Numbered from the stretch's first letter, positions 1 to 15,262 are shown. The stretch: 64,000 nucleotides of DNA from Eledone cirrhosa (GCA_964016885.1 OZ024745.1:38750001-38814000); one strand, 5' to 3'. Numbers and translations are program-made. Notes: generated from the letters alone by a model not told the origin.

Positions 1-1198
1 AATCTGTATTGGCTATCGGCTGCACCCATTCAGAACAATCAATAAATGATCCTGCATTAACCTATCTACCCACACTTGGACGCTCAAACGATAAGAAAAT
101 AGATCCTATCAAATGGAACATCAGAGACAGGGTAGTAACATAAATGGAAAAAAAACCCTGCTAAATTCTACATTAACGATATTCAAAGAAAAGTGTATAA
201 CCGTCCTCTATCATATAACTGAAGAAATTTCATTTTCTGACGCAGAAACCTTATTTTATCAAGCATTTTAAACACATGCAACGATAACTTAAAACCCAAT
301 TCAGATCTACGCTTTTCTGGCACTCTCGTGAAATACATTTTATAAACAAAGAAAACAATTATATACAAGAATATAATTATACTACTCGCTAAGACAACAA
401 CAATTTACGAGCGGTTTATGATCGAGCCTGCGGCAGCGTAGCCTTACAAGTGTTGGGGTTGCCCGACCGTATCGTTACTCACTACTATTGGACCGAATAT
501 AGCATCCCATAAGAGCAAACGTAGCTGGTTCGGTACATTTCCTTCTACATCCTTCGATGTAACGTTTTCTCTACTCATGTGGCTTGACAACATCCCTCAA
601 CAGCCCCCGCCCCGCAAATAAGTGGGGTATGCTGCACAGGGAACCTATAGTGGTAACCACTGGTTCAGCCATTCCAACTTAAAGAGTTTCTTTAGCGGAA
701 TGTGATATCGTTATCGTTGATTTAGCGTGGTAAAAGGATAGTCCGTGGACTGAGCATTTCAGACGTCCCAAAGACAACCGGCATAAAAAGTAATCGGTCC
801 ATAAAAATATATCAGATTTACTATGGTTGAATGTTTCATAACGAGATGTTCATGAAGTCTGTACGCTTTCATCTATTGGGTTGCTAAAGGAAAGCCAGTT
901 AATTGGTAGATAACAAAAGCAATACATACATAGTGTTAATTAAATTATAACAGCATTAATTTAATAATAAGCGCTATCGTGTATTAGTTCTATTTCTTGC
1001 ATACTAATTAAAAAATCTACACATTCAAATGATTTATTGCGAAAGTTGGCTATGATACCAGTGGGGTAAAATCCAGAATTAAAGGAAACTAGTGGTCTAC
1101 ATTAGCCACAAGCAGTCTATTGTGCAAATACATATATATATATATATATATATCCATCTATCTATTTTGCTATCTCTCTCTCTCTCTATCTCTCTCCC

Positions 1199-1304
<106 letters not shown>

Positions 1305-1699
1305 CTTTATTATTTCCTTACCTTATAAAATTATATGTTTTTTCACAAAAAAGTATTCTGTCTCTTATATATTCCATGTGCCATTACCAACCTCAATTGT
1401 CTCTATATATATTTATATATACATAAACACACGCACAACTATATGTATGTATATGTATATATATGTGTGTGTATATATATATATATATATACATGCATGT
1501 ACAGGTATGACGATATAAATACACACTGATTTATGTTTCCTTTTTGACCATAACTCGCGGTGAAGAAGTGGGAGTGTGGTAATGTAAGAGTGTTTCAGAT
1601 GAATTTCTTTTAATGAACACTCGGGTGTTTCTGACGTCTAAGAAAGCTGTTTCTTTTTTTTATTTTGTTTTGTTTTCAGTTGAAACCCTTAAAATGTAG

Positions 1700-2620
1700 G
1701 CAAATAAATCAACCATGTGGAGATACGTGAGGTGATAATGGAGATCGACACCGAGGAGGGATATACGTATTTGGGAATTATGGAGGCAGATAACATGAAT
1801 GACAACAGACATGAAGGAAATGATAAGATTTGAATACATAACGAGAGTAAGCAACATACTAAACAATCAGCTGAATAGTAGAAATACCATAAGTGCACTA
1901 AATTCTCGGGCTCTGTCTATTACGTACAGTGCTGGATTTCATAATGGAATGTAAGCTAGCAAAAGAGACTGGATATAAAGATGACCACCTAGAGTATGTT
2001 TCATAAGAAGGGTAATGTTGATAGAATGTACTTAAACAAATCTTAAGTTGTAAAATGTCAATTTAGCGTGGAGTATTGGGTTCAGATGGACATGAGCTCT
2101 CTACATAAATACCTCTCTAAGCCTAACGAGCAAATGCTTAAGTCTGTAGTGCGGGAAGTGGCAATATACCAAGTGATGTCCAAGAAAGAAGTAGCAACAA
2201 AGAGGATGAATAAACCTCAATGAAAGGGCATTTCGGAGTCTGTTTAAAGAAACCAGAACTCAGAGATCCGCAGGCATGGAACTGGTTAATGAAAGTGGAC
2301 CTTAAGAAAGCCAGAGAGGGAATGATACTGTCTGCAAAAGAGCAAGCCCTTAGAACGAAGTGGATGAAACACCATATTGATAAGAAGCAGGTTAGCTCAC
2401 TCTGTAGGATTTAGAGAGGAAATGGCGCCTCTCATCGTATCCTAGTATAAACACCTAGCCCATGGATGCATGATATCACAGGAAAAAGTGATTCACAGGC
2501 ATTTATACAAACTGAAGAGGTCACCTCATTCTGAGAAAATGGTATGAGCATAAGGCTGATTTGGTGACAGATAACGAGTGAAGGAGCTGTGCGATTTCAG
2601 GATACAAACGGACAAAGCGC
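1700..2620 (+). mobile_element. Decayed R4/Dong-type (restriction-like endonuclease) non-LTR retrotransposon fragment, RT thumb to zinc-finger region
   Basis: Broken frames give EGYTYLGIMEADN, EYITRVSNIL..LNSRNTISALN, WNWLMKVDLKKAREGMILSAKEQALRTKWMKHHIDK..LCRI and KWYEHK, typical of the C-terminal half of R4/Dong-like elements; many stops and frameshifts. Confidence 0.7.
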
Positions 2621-2769
2621 GGACGCCTGCGTGTATATCGAACGCGGGAGGTTGATGAAACATCCAGCCCAAGATGAAATAAATCTGTTAGTAGTGGTAA
2701 GAATGTTGAAAGCAAGGAAGTAGACAAAAACAAAATAGAAGTTAATGAAGGACATGATGAAGCGCTATT

Positions 2770-3262
2770 CAACAAGAGTTTACATAAACAAGTTGATGAT
2801 GCTAGAGAACATAGATGTGTCTGGCTGAAGAAAGGTGCCCTTAAACAAGAAAATGAGGGCACAATTCTTGCAGTGCAATACCAAACTTGGACCACGTTTT
2901 GAAAGATTAGTCTCATAAATGAACTGGTGTCTCCGTTGGCTCGAGATTGTAATGAATTTCACGAAATCATTGCTCATGTTGTAACAAAATGTTGCAATAT
3001 AAGCAATAATGTGCCAAAACAATTATATGTAGGTGAGGCACGATGAGGTGTCAAAAGTTATACGTTGGAAACTATGTGAAAAGTGGAGGTTAAAGAGAGA
3101 TAAAACATGGAACTACAACAAACCGAAGAAAGTCGGAGACTTACAAAATTCTCTGAGGTTTCCCAATTTACACAGACCAGGTGCTTGAGCACAACGAACC
3201 AAATTTAGTGTTGGTGGATAAAATAAAACATGTGTGTGTTGTAATACATATCACATGCCTTT
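2770..3262 (+). mobile_element. Second decayed R4/Dong-type fragment (RLE endonuclease region)
   Basis: WLKKGALKQENEGTILAVQ, VRHDEVSKVIRWKLCEKW and KIL*GFPIYTDQVLEHNEPNLVLVDK match the RHD/RHN and PD-type RLE motifs. Confidence 0.7.
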
Positions 3263-4127
3263 AATGAATATGTGTAAAACTGAAACGTAGTAGTTATTTG
3301 CTGAATGACTTACACACGTTTACCGTCAAATCGATTTAATTCGTAAGATGATACACATAGAAAGGCAAAGAAAGCCATAAATGCGATCTGAAAATTAATT
3401 TACACATGGATATATAACATGACCTCGAATAATTGTATTATTCTGCAATAAAGAAAATAATGGCATATTAAAATGAATCTAGTTAGTGAATTGGGGCATG
3501 GAGTTGATATTGATGTTCTTGGAGGAGTCACTGTTGATTTTCTAATCACATTGGCACAGATCGACAATAAATATGCTCGAGGAATGTAGATATAAGGGTA
3601 TTTTCTGATATAATGTCCCAAGAACTACATTATCTATTGAGTACTTATTTTAAAATAATTCCTGACCATCATAGATTTCAGCCATTGCATAATTTACAGA
3701 GATATATGAACAGACAGATTGTCGCTCGGTGCGATACCGGAGAAAATATTAAAAGATATATTATTGACATAAGTCCTTTCATCAGTTTTGATAAGAAAGA
3801 GAAAATGTTGTCAATAATTGGATATATAAAGATATATAATTCCGACAAATGAAAGTAAAAATTTCTTTTGACAATACATAATATTATTCAGATTGAAGTA
3901 TTACAGACAACAAAAAACAAAGAAAATTTAGAAAATACGAAAAACACATAGAAAATCTAGAACCTTAACAACTTCTACAGCTACCGCTATAAAAAACAGA
4001 CATATGTGGTATGTCTCAGATATCGATGAATATATATATGTATATATATATATATATAAAGGGAGAGAGAGAGAGAGTGAGAGAGAGATATGTGTGTGTG
4101 TGTTTATATATATATATATATATATAT

Positions 4128-4241
<114 letters not shown>

Positions 4242-4293
4242 TTACATGTTTAGATCTACATATATATATGTGTGAGCGTGCATACATACATGC

Positions 4294-4337
<44 letters not shown>

Positions 4338-5632
4338 GTATATAAACGTATATATATATAACAAAGATTCTTTTCGACTGTTCAAAGTAAATAGTACTGC
4401 AATTGTCATTGAAATCGCAACAAGCTGCTGAAACTTATATGGAGACAAATAAAGATGAGAAAGAATGAATCGCTGAAAGGAACAAAGAAAATATGACGGA
4501 AACAAAGCAATATATAACAGATACATCTCTCAAACTTGAGTAGAATCTACAGTATCGGATGACTCGCAGAAACTGCTATGATGACGGTATTCTATAGTGA
4601 TGTCGAAAAATATAAATAATGTTTTGGGATTGCGAAATCATCCATCATTGCAAATAAAAAGACTTTAGTAAATTTCTCAAAAGAGGGAAAAGAAACACAC
4701 CGACAAAGAGAAAACAACAACAAAGAACACATCAACCTATTTGATGTTTCATTCATATATTCATGTGTAATGATATTGTATTTGATTTTTCTGTATTTTT
4801 GTAGTCATAATATAGTTGTAACGAGAAGGAGTAGCCGACAATCAATAATATTATCTGGACAAAATGTTCAACATCAGTTCAAGTATAAACGGCAGTATTT
4901 ATTACAAATCGTTGGCTGCCAGCTACGAGGTAAATTACCCCATAATGCATCTGAACCAGATGTAGCAATGTGTGACAATAATCGTCGCTTCAATAATAGA
5001 TTACATCCTAACATTACGATGAACACTAAATCTAAGCTGATAAACCTAATATTCCTTCTTACACTCTCATATTAGGGGTATACGTCGACTCCGACTGAAA
5101 TTCTAGTAGGTATGTCATATATGCGGCCTCAGATAGGCAGTCAATAATCCCAGAATATATATAACCAAGAACATAAAATCACAAAACATGTTGAGAACAA
5201 CGGCAATCGTTCACTACCTATACAAACAAAGCATACGATAATTTAGGCATGTCACTAGCATGTCGATCTACAAGCCAGACCATCTTCAATGCTGACATAT
5301 CACAATTCCACAGGCCGATCTAGGAAGAAGTGGAATGACGGCGTTAAGGAAAGCTTTACGAAACATGGCAACATTCCAGAACAGGCTTTCTATCTCACTA
5401 CAAAACGAAAGTTCTTCTTCGAGCGATATGCCCACGAGTACGAGTAGAATGATAAATGAAAAACAAAACAAAAACAAAGAAAGAAAATCAGAAACAGAAT
5501 TTAAAAAAAAAATGTCTTTCTTCGGCTTTTGGTGTACTTATTAAGCGATTACTAATTTTGATTGGAAGTTATCTGAATAAGAACAGCAACAATATAAACA
5601 ACAACAATATAAACAACAACAGCAATAGAAAT

Positions 5633-5806
5633 AATTGTTTCTACTGTAGGCAAAAGTCCAGTAATTACCCAGTGCATTGCTGGTCCTTTTATTTTATCGA
5701 CCCCGAAAGGCAAAGTCAACCTCGGCGGGATTTGAACTCAGATCGTAAAGGGACGTAACTATGCTGGAAAGCATGGCGTCCGACCCTCTACCGATACTGC
5801 CAATCC
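5633..5806 (-). mobile_element. tRNA-derived SINE with Nin/Deu-like core (internally shortened copy)
   Basis: Reverse complement has A-box-like TGGCAGTATCGG, B-box GTTCAAATCC and core GCCGAGGTTGACTTTGCCTTTC..GGGGTCGATAAAAT; same sequence recurs elsewhere in the window. Confidence 0.85.
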
Positions 5807-6603
5807 AAATGATGCCAACGTAGGGATACTACCGTTCTCATGCCTGTTGAGAAGAGTTTCGCAATATTCAACTGCAGCAAACATATAAATATGGTATTCA
5901 AAGTTGCCTAAAGCGGATGCTTATGTAAGCAATCGCCACCGGAACTCTCTTCGGCGGAATTATAGCTTCCATGAGTTCCTGTGAAGCTCAATTATCTAGA
6001 CAAGGATTAATATTATGTTTCATAATTGCATTTTTGAACATATTTGGATTAATATTAGTACAGGTGATGTCTGGCGTATATTATTTTGAAAATGTTTGAT
6101 ATATATAGCGTATCCTTAGCATTAAAATATCTTAGGAAGATGACCATCCAGCCATCCAGGTAAATAACGACACGTAGATGGAGCGACATGGGAGTTAAAT
6201 AATTGACCCGGAGGCATCAGTTAAGTAGTAACAACGAGATTTATTTCCCTTCATATTTAAAAATAGACGAATGTCAATCCTATAAATTTTATTTGGCTAA
6301 ACTTCTCAGTATCAGTCAAGGAAGCAATATTATAAACATCAGTAAATATTGAAAAACTTCAAGTAAGGTAAACTCTATCCGATATATTGCACTAGAGTGC
6401 TGTTAGATTTGCGTTATTCTTTCGCTCTAATGTCGGATTAAAGGTCAGGTCTATTTTCCCTACAACAAAATCACACCTAATTTTGAAACCTCAATATGTA
6501 AATTAAGATTCTTGCCGTACGCTATTGCAATCGAATGAATGTGATGATGATGAAGATTATATCATAATTCCTGTGCAACCGAAGTATATATATATATATA
6601 TAT

Positions 6604-7225
6604 AATCAAGGGAGTGTAAACACAGAAAACATCTTAAAAAATAATAAATACATTCCAAAAAATGTCCTGTATTTACTGTATGTGACCTTACCGCGGTTTC
6701 AGATCCTAAACAAATAGATAATCCAGGCGGATTTCCATTGAGAAAGAGATCATGGTCAGAAGGCTTTTTTCTCTCCGAGAATATCAAATTCCCGAGTTAA
6801 AATTAGAAACAGGTGCCACTGCGAACTGCCCCAAAATGAGAGCAAAGGAATGATGAAACAGTTTTGCTATGGTACAGTGTGCAAAAGCAAAAATCACGGT
6901 GGACAGGTCAATCCAATGCTACTAAAAATAGCAGCTATTCAGACGACCAAAGGTTGCTCTTGGGGAGAATAAAAACTGTTTCATCATTCATTTGCTCTCA
7001 TTCTGGGGAAGTTTGGAGTGGCGCCAGTTCGGAATTTTAACTCGGTAATTTGATATAATATCCGACGCTTATCTCTTTCTCAATGGAAATCCGCTTGGAT
7101 TATCTATTTATTTGGGATCGGAAACCGCGGTAAGGGCACGTAAAGTAAGTACATGACATTTTTTGGAATTTATTTATTTATTTATTATTTTTTAAGATGT
7201 TTTCTGTGTTTACACCCCCTTGATT
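6604..7225. repeat. Long diverged inverted repeat (arms ~6604-6865 and ~6972-7225), probably head-to-head Penelope-type terminal repeat fragments
   Basis: Arms are reverse complements with scattered mismatches (aatcaaggg..tgtaaacacagaaaacatctt / aagatgttttctgtgtttaca..cccttgatt); both carry GAAACCGCGGTA. Confidence 0.85.
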
Positions 7226-7375
7226 TAATATGTTCTGGCTTGTTAATTTATTAACTTGCCATTGAACCACACTGGCATACGGTCGGACTATACTGGTATC
7301 CCTGTGTGTATTAATTACATGCAGGAACACATACTTTTATTATATATATATATATATTTTATTATATATATGTAT

Positions 7376-7718
7376 AAACTTGCGGACGTTCAACAGTCTG
7401 GCATGAAGGTATACGTTGCTGACGATAGCTAACAAGCTTGAAACTAGTACAGTGTTCCTTTGTCTGTGTTGAACAAACGAGCAACGGTGGTTGCTAGACA
7501 CTGCGGCTTTATGCGGGATGTTTGTTTACAAACACACCGAGCATTATAATAAATGTTCGGTGAATCCATACGTACATATATATATATGTGTGCATGTATG
7601 TATATATATATACATACTACTGTACGTCTGTATACATATAAGTATGTACGTATACATACTTATATTTATGTAACAGCCGTACTAAGAATGGGAAATGAAA
7701 TTTCGTTTCATTTTTTCC

Positions 7719-7722
<4 letters not shown>
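7376..7722 (+). repeat. Dispersed repeat carrying the hammerhead (probable Penelope-like pseudo-LTR); related copy at 40899-41352
   Basis: ggttgctagacactg..ttacaaacacac.gagcattataataaatgttcgg.gaatccatacgtac..gtaacagccgtactaaga..gaaatgaaatttcgtttcatttt is shared with 41078-41350; flanked by (TA)n. Confidence 0.7.
7413..7455 (+). ncRNA. Minimal type I hammerhead ribozyme motif
   Basis: ACGTTG-CTGACGA-T-AGC-TAACAA-GCT-T-GAAA-CTAGT-A-CAGTGT: conserved CUGAnGA and GAAA cores, stem I acguug/cagugu, stem II agc/gcu, palindromic stem III ACUAGU, GUA cleavage triplet. Confidence 0.7.
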
Positions 7723-7769
<47 letters not shown>

Positions 7770-7791
7770 CATGTATGTAAGCATGTGCGCG

Positions 7792-7905
<114 letters not shown>

Positions 7906-9048
7906 ATCCGCGCGATGCATATCTTCACCAATTCGGAGAGATTCCGCAAAAAGATGTACCAGTTACTAGATATATTCAGCTTGTATTTCTCTATAATATT
8001 CTATAATAAATTCAAATTTCAGTTAAATTGTTGATGCACCCGTCAATGAACATTAGATATAACAAAACACGGGTCTGCAGTTATTGAAAATAAGGGAAAC
8101 AAAAGATTAGACCCAAATATCTATGGCTAAACATGACTGCAGATGCAGATGATGGGAGACAAAAATCATCTTTTTACGTACCATACAAAATAATTAATTG
8201 TAACTATACTCACTAACAGGAGAAAAGAGACAACACGCCAAAAGCTTTGTACAAAATGGAGATGAATGTCTGTGCGTTCATCTATTCACACGCACACATA
8301 CACATGCACAGATACATACCCACACACATATCCACATACATATACACATACACACACACATAAACACATATATAGATATATATGTATATGTGACTACATA
8401 TACATAAAGATCCTCATGCATTTATACATCTTCGTACATGTATATCTGTGCGCAAGTGTATGTGTGCGAATGTTTTTTATCCTGCTGATATTCATGCCTA
8501 TACTCATACAAATATGAATATATACATACGTGCATACATACATACACATACATACATATATGCATACATACATACAAACATACACACATAGTACATGTGA
8601 AGATAAACTTCAACGTTTATTAGTGTATACATACAGAAAGTGCCGACTGACCATTTGTTTCCAAGCCTCAGGTTTGCAAAGCAAAATTTAACGATACAAT
8701 CCTTAGGGAAATTAAACATAAAGATTTTCGACAGGATTCGGTTTAGTAGCAGAAGTACAGTGATATATTATCTCTTACGTCATTTCACAGAGGTTTGCTG
8801 TCAAATGTCAGTTTGCCTGTAGGTATCCCATATTCGGCTAAACGGTCAAATGAATACATATGTTAAAGTCTCTACAATAGTCACACATACATATACACAT
8901 ACACATACATATACACACACATATACATATACACACATATACATATATCTCTATATCTCTCTCTATATATATATATGCGTGTTTGCACGAATTAATATGG
9001 ATTTATATATATATATATATGTATGTTTACACATATATGAATACACAT

Positions 9049-9176
<128 letters not shown>

Positions 9177-9779
9177 CATATGTGTAAACATATATGTATA
9201 TGTATAAACACACACATATATTTATATATGTGTGTTTGTGTGTGTGTGTATACATATATACACCATCTGTGCATATATAAAACCCAATATATGTTTGTGA
9301 GTTGTAAACTAACAGAAACTTTGTATTATACGAATCATTTTTTATTGCAAGAAGCTGTTATATGTTTTGCTGAAAATATAATAAAATGAGTAGGGAGGCG
9401 AAACATGTCATATGCCATTAGTATAGATATTTAACGTTCCAACCAATAACTAAGGAATTGCAGATATATATTCATTTACTAACAACACACATATATACAA
9501 GCACACACAAATAACATATTTTAAATATTGCATGCATAGTAAATCAGAAATCAAATATATAGCAAGAGTGAAACAGTATATGAAGTAGGATCAGTGGATT
9601 TCTAGGATTATATAATAATGAATAGAATGCGTCAGTACGTCATCTACGTTGCGGCGCAAACAGTGAAGCTTGGCTGTCTATGGTGAGGAAAAAACTATTC
9701 TACACTTTAAAGGTCATGTATAGGTGGAAATTCATTGCCATTTTAGAATAACAATGAATATATCTGTTAAAATCTCTAC

Positions 9780-10260
9780 ACATCCAATTAACGTTGGCGA
9801 TAGGAGGTCATTGCCTTCTCCTCCTTCCCCATCAATACTCCCAATCTGATTATTACGGCCTTCTACACAGCTCACCTAGGTCAATTTTCTAGCAGAAATC
9901 TGTAAATCCAATGGCTTTGGTTTCCCTATCTTCTCCACTCATTTAGAAAAAGAAATGATAGAATTCATCTACCCTTACACACAGCTCCTCTGTCCCACAT
10001 CCCTAATAACACGTGATCCGCCTCATTGCCACTTTCTCCTTTCGTTTTAGCTCTTACGATAAATGGTATGATTTCGAATAAAACTGTGATAGCCTTTAGC
10101 TATGTATATTGGAAGGTAATGGAGTAGTGCCATCTAAGAGATGCCAGCAAAATAAGGGGAGGGTAACAGTCGACGATCGATTTTGACTCTGGTCGTTATT
10201 GCGACAGTACTTCCTTACCCTGCTCTCTGCTGAATATAGGCGAACAGATACACGCTTTCA
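9780..10260 (-). mobile_element. Possible highly decayed RTE-like LINE fragment
   Basis: Non-repetitive, GC-richer island whose minus-strand translation weakly resembles the RTE C-terminal region; no clean motif. Confidence 0.3.
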
Positions 10261-10325
10261 AATGTATATTCTTTAACACACCATATATTTTTGATACACA
10301 AAATACTCACACACGCAGACATATG

Positions 10326-10463
<138 letters not shown>

Positions 10464-12477
10464 ACGAAAACACTTGGTGCGGTGTCAACCAATCATAAGC
10501 TTCTGATGCTGATGGCTTTGTAGCTTATTCTGAAGTATTGGTGGCTGAAGACTATAGAAGATTATTTCACGATGTTATTATGTATTGCCCGTTTAGTAAT
10601 GTATGTAATGTGGCTGATTTGTTCGACGTTTGAAATTCAAACATGTATTGATACTTATAGACTGATAATTGTCTACATGCAATGACACACCATACAGGCT
10701 TCTATATTTTATGAAGTTTATAATTCATCCCTTCGTTCTTCATATTGCCTCATCTCACCATATCTGAAATTACATGTGAGAAGCTGACAAATTTACTTTT
10801 TTCTTTGGTTAATTTTTCGAAACCTCCTTAGTTGGTACATCAGACTGGAACATAAATAATCTATAAATAATTAATTTCACATATGCATACCGAAAAGTAA
10901 ATCACCCTAACGATTGAATTGTTATCATAGTACAAAGTTTTTATTTTGGAACCGCTTTTGTTTTAGACTCATTAGATGTGAGAGTTTGAAATGCAGCATT
11001 AAACACGGTTGACGATTATTCTGGGAACAGAAACATATCAGATTATTCCTATGCTTTCATTCCATCGAGTCCATCGCGTCTCTTATTTTTCTGTCTGCAG
11101 ATGAATATTTGAAAGTGTTTTCACTTTGCAATTATTCATCGTATAGCTAAGGTTTCTAATTTTTAAAAAATGTAGTTAAAACTACATTGCCTATACCTCC
11201 GTGCATTACACTGCATTTTACTGTAACACTAGGATGATATATTTTTGATTCAGTATTGAATTGAAATCACTTACGCATTGAATGCAGACTAAACTTGGCA
11301 TAAAACAAAGAATCAATCTTTCTTCCTATATCTATATTTTTAACAAAATATGTAGTTTCTAATATACTAACAATTCCTCTCTCCGCCTTTGATATAAGAG
11401 AGAAATTTGGCTCGGCCATGTTAAGAAAGAAATTATAATCTAAGTAATGATTGTATACTGAACGTGTGTGCGATTCACGATATTACATATCATGCCCCTT
11501 GTTTATATTTGAGAAACGTCTAACAGATTTCCTTTTGTATACAACTGAGTGAATATTTTCGTCAAATAATAAATTTGAAACTATGATTGAATCTCGGATA
11601 ATTATTGGAAATAACAAATTTAAGAAAATGAGAACCATGAAGAAATTAATGAGGCAAAATTGAGAAACATAAAATGTTTGTGTGTGGATGAAATAAGTAT
11701 ATGAACGATTGAACAGGTAAACTAGGTGAGAGATGGCATTTGTTGGAACATTCAAGACCGAAAGAGATAATGATGGGCTAATGATGTGCGCGAATAACAT
11801 GTAGATATTATGAGATAGCCATGACGACAAGCTGTCATATCCACTGACATGGAGGTCAGCAGTGGCCGATATTGACAAGTCAACTCTGCTACTATCGAAA
11901 TATGTTTTGCTTTGTTGGGTTACTTTGCGCACTGTCCACGGAAATGTTTAATATTAATACGGCGATGCATATAATATATTGGGTAATGTAGGATTTCGCT
12001 ATAAGTTGTTAGTCAGTCGCAGTCAATAAATCGCATTACAACGTCTAAAAGGTTATCTTCCGCTGTCCATAATTCCCCAAATTTGCTTTGATCCATTCTA
12101 AATGATACAAGTAATATCATAATGGATTTGCGGGAATCGATTATAATACAGACATTGATATTAAGTAGATCTTTTCATCATGCCATCAGTCAGTATAAAG
12201 ATTCATTGAGATAAGCTAATATGTTTGTGGTTTGTGTGTTTTATTATGTTTGTAAGCAACTGTCTCTTACTGCCTCCCTTTCGGTACCTCCTCCTCTGTC
12301 TCTACATATATATGAGTGTGTGTGTGTGTACATATGTTGTTTCCGTAATATTATCGTATAGGTACAGAGAGGAAGGCTATATTTTCACATATAATTTACA
12401 TTGAACTTTTAAGCTTTAATGGAACAACGAAATCGATATGATGTTATTTAGATTTATTTATGTATCTGTATGTTTGA

Positions 12478-12545
<68 letters not shown>

Positions 12546-12548
12546 CCC

Positions 12549-12588
<40 letters not shown>

Positions 12589-12799
12589 GTCTCTCACTCG
12601 AGCACTACTGATAACATGTAGGCCAGTACAACCTGGCACATGTTTGTGCCATCGACGACAAGAGCGAGTACCCGACCGAGCTTGGTTGGTGAGAAGGTAT
12701 CTTCAGGACACACTGCCGGATGCAAAACATTACCGCTTTAACGACGGATGAACACATGAAGGTCAACGACCATCCACTAGTACATATATGGTGTACTTA

Positions 12800-13620
12800 T
12801 CTACACATCTTGTGGATGTTTCTAGCCATGCCTTCACCACCTCAAACAAATCATAAGTGAGGGTATTCTAATAAATAACATCAGTTTAGTTCCACACAGC
12901 TTCACCTATTTCAACAAAGTCCTCTATCGTAGAGTGAAAGTGACGGAGAGAGGTAAAGAATATTACTAGAAGTCTCTAGCTGGAGCATTGCACTGTTTCG
13001 ACTAAAGGGGGATGGCTGTACTAGCACAAATCTGGGAACAATTGTGTTGTCCTTGTGCTCCAATAGGCACAAAGCTGGTCAACTTAGATAAAGGACTGCT
13101 TATCCCAGTAAGGAGACGGGGGGGGGGGGGGGTAAATGGAGCGCCATTCAATATAATAGTAAGCTCTTTCTTTTGCGGAACTTCCATAGCCGTGTTGGCA
13201 CAGACTATCATTCCTGGTATGGAGTACTAGTTCATCATGGAGTCGTTCAAATGAAGACGCAGAACACTTTTCTCCGCCTTCTTTTCACCTGTAAATAATT
13301 CAATCAAGCCATAGTTCAAGGATTGGTACCTCATAGACTTTGCTATCACAAAGAAATTAGATTTGAGGGATATTAACATTACACGTTCCTTTTTACGGCA
13401 TGTCCATCTTGCCCACAGGAGAATACAAACGTCATCTGTACCTAGGCGCAATAAAACTGGACCTTTGAGAACCCGTGAGAAAGAAATTGATCTCTGCTAC
13501 AGACTGGACACAGTTATCGATTCTCTTAAGATCACTTAAGATATTATTCAATAATCGTGGAAAACTCTTCAGGATAATGCACATGCCTCGTCCTTAGACA
13601 TTCTAGGACTACCTGCTCAG
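12800..13620 (-). mobile_element. Possible decayed LINE reverse-transcriptase fragment
   Basis: Minus strand near 13425-13480 reads approximately GVLKGPVLLRLGTDDVCI across a frameshift, resembling the PQG..LF..ADD motifs. Confidence 0.3.
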
Positions 13621-13683
13621 ACGCACTAGCATATGTGTATACTGGACTGTGTGTGTCTCTGTGTGCGTGTGTCTGTGTGTGTG

Positions 13684-13720
<37 letters not shown>

Positions 13721-14976
13721 ACGTGTGTGTGTCTATGTGTGTGTGTGGGGGGTGAGGTGGGTGTGTGTGTGTCTGTTTAATGCTAGATAGTTTCAGATGC
13801 TTTGCATTCACATAGCATTTAGTTTATCATTGTAACTTGCCGAATACTTTATCTGTTCGATATTTTAACGAAAGAGATAGAAACCGATGTATAGTACCCG
13901 TTATATGTTTTATTTCGACATCTGTATAGAATAGCATTTTTAAATTTTCACTGTTTTCTTTCTCGGAGAGGTAAGAGAAGCCGGAGATGAAAAGCCGCCC
14001 GTCTTCTTTGAAAGCTTCGCTATGCAGCTATTACGTTTCAGTCTTGAAGCAAAATCCGTTTGGTATATTCATGCGATGAATGAAAGAAAACGTATTTTCT
14101 TTTGATTTTTTTGGTTTCACTGATTCTTTCAGTTTTCGTTTCATACAAATATATGGACATTTTGTTAATGAGTTTGTGGCATAAACTGACACAGTAAACT
14201 CAGTTACAACACATAAAGAATCAGCATATGTCAAATATAAGACAAGTTCTCGTTTGGAGGAAAAAACCTAACGTCATTCGAAGAGCCATTTTATGTATAA
14301 TGCATGACTCGAAATATGATGATGTCAAAGGTCAGATGTTTTTTTCAAAGTTTTTCTATATATTATTGACGTTTTACAGTTGATAGGGGCAACAGTTCTA
14401 CAGATGACAAAGTGAAGAATATTACATATCTATATGATAATATTTTGCAAATATGTTAATACACGTTCAGGTTGATATACAAAAAGTCAAGCAAATAAGC
14501 TCTCACATGTTTTTATTTTAAATTTGGTAAACAGGAAGGCATGAATTTATATCTACAAATATAGAAAACCACATCAGAATAACCATTTAACAGATGCTTA
14601 TTATATCAAAGATGCAATACAATATATGATGAGGTATAATAGATCTTATGTCTATTTACAGGATAAGAGCATTGAAAATAGTAATATATTTATTGGCAAT
14701 TGTTCTAATTTACGAGTCCATATTTATATCTGGAGTGAAAAGGCGACATTAAATATATGATATGCTATATCTTACAACATGGAAACAAATGTGAGTTCCA
14801 AAGTTATCCATGCATAAGTCGAGTGATTTCCATTCTGTTTTAATTGCTAGATCTAGAAATAGATACAAATCTTTTTATTTACACATACATACAAACACAC
14901 ACACGCACACATACACAAACACACACACACATACACACACACACACACACAATTATATATACAACCACACACACAC

Positions 14977-15009
<33 letters not shown>

Positions 15010-15262
15010 AAGAAAGAGAGAGAAATGGGGGATAACGGTTAGAGACAGTGAGAATGTGTCAGAAATTGAGAGGTTGAATGAGACACACAAAAGAAAGAAA
15101 TATATATTTATTATTTTTTTGTGGGAGGCATTTCCCTGTAATAGATGTTTCTGTACTAGTAATGATATTTATATCTATATACTTAAGAATTTGTGGCTTC
15201 CAGAAATATCCCAACGGTAGGAATATAATATATTTATGTTTTATGTGTGTGTGAACGAGAGT

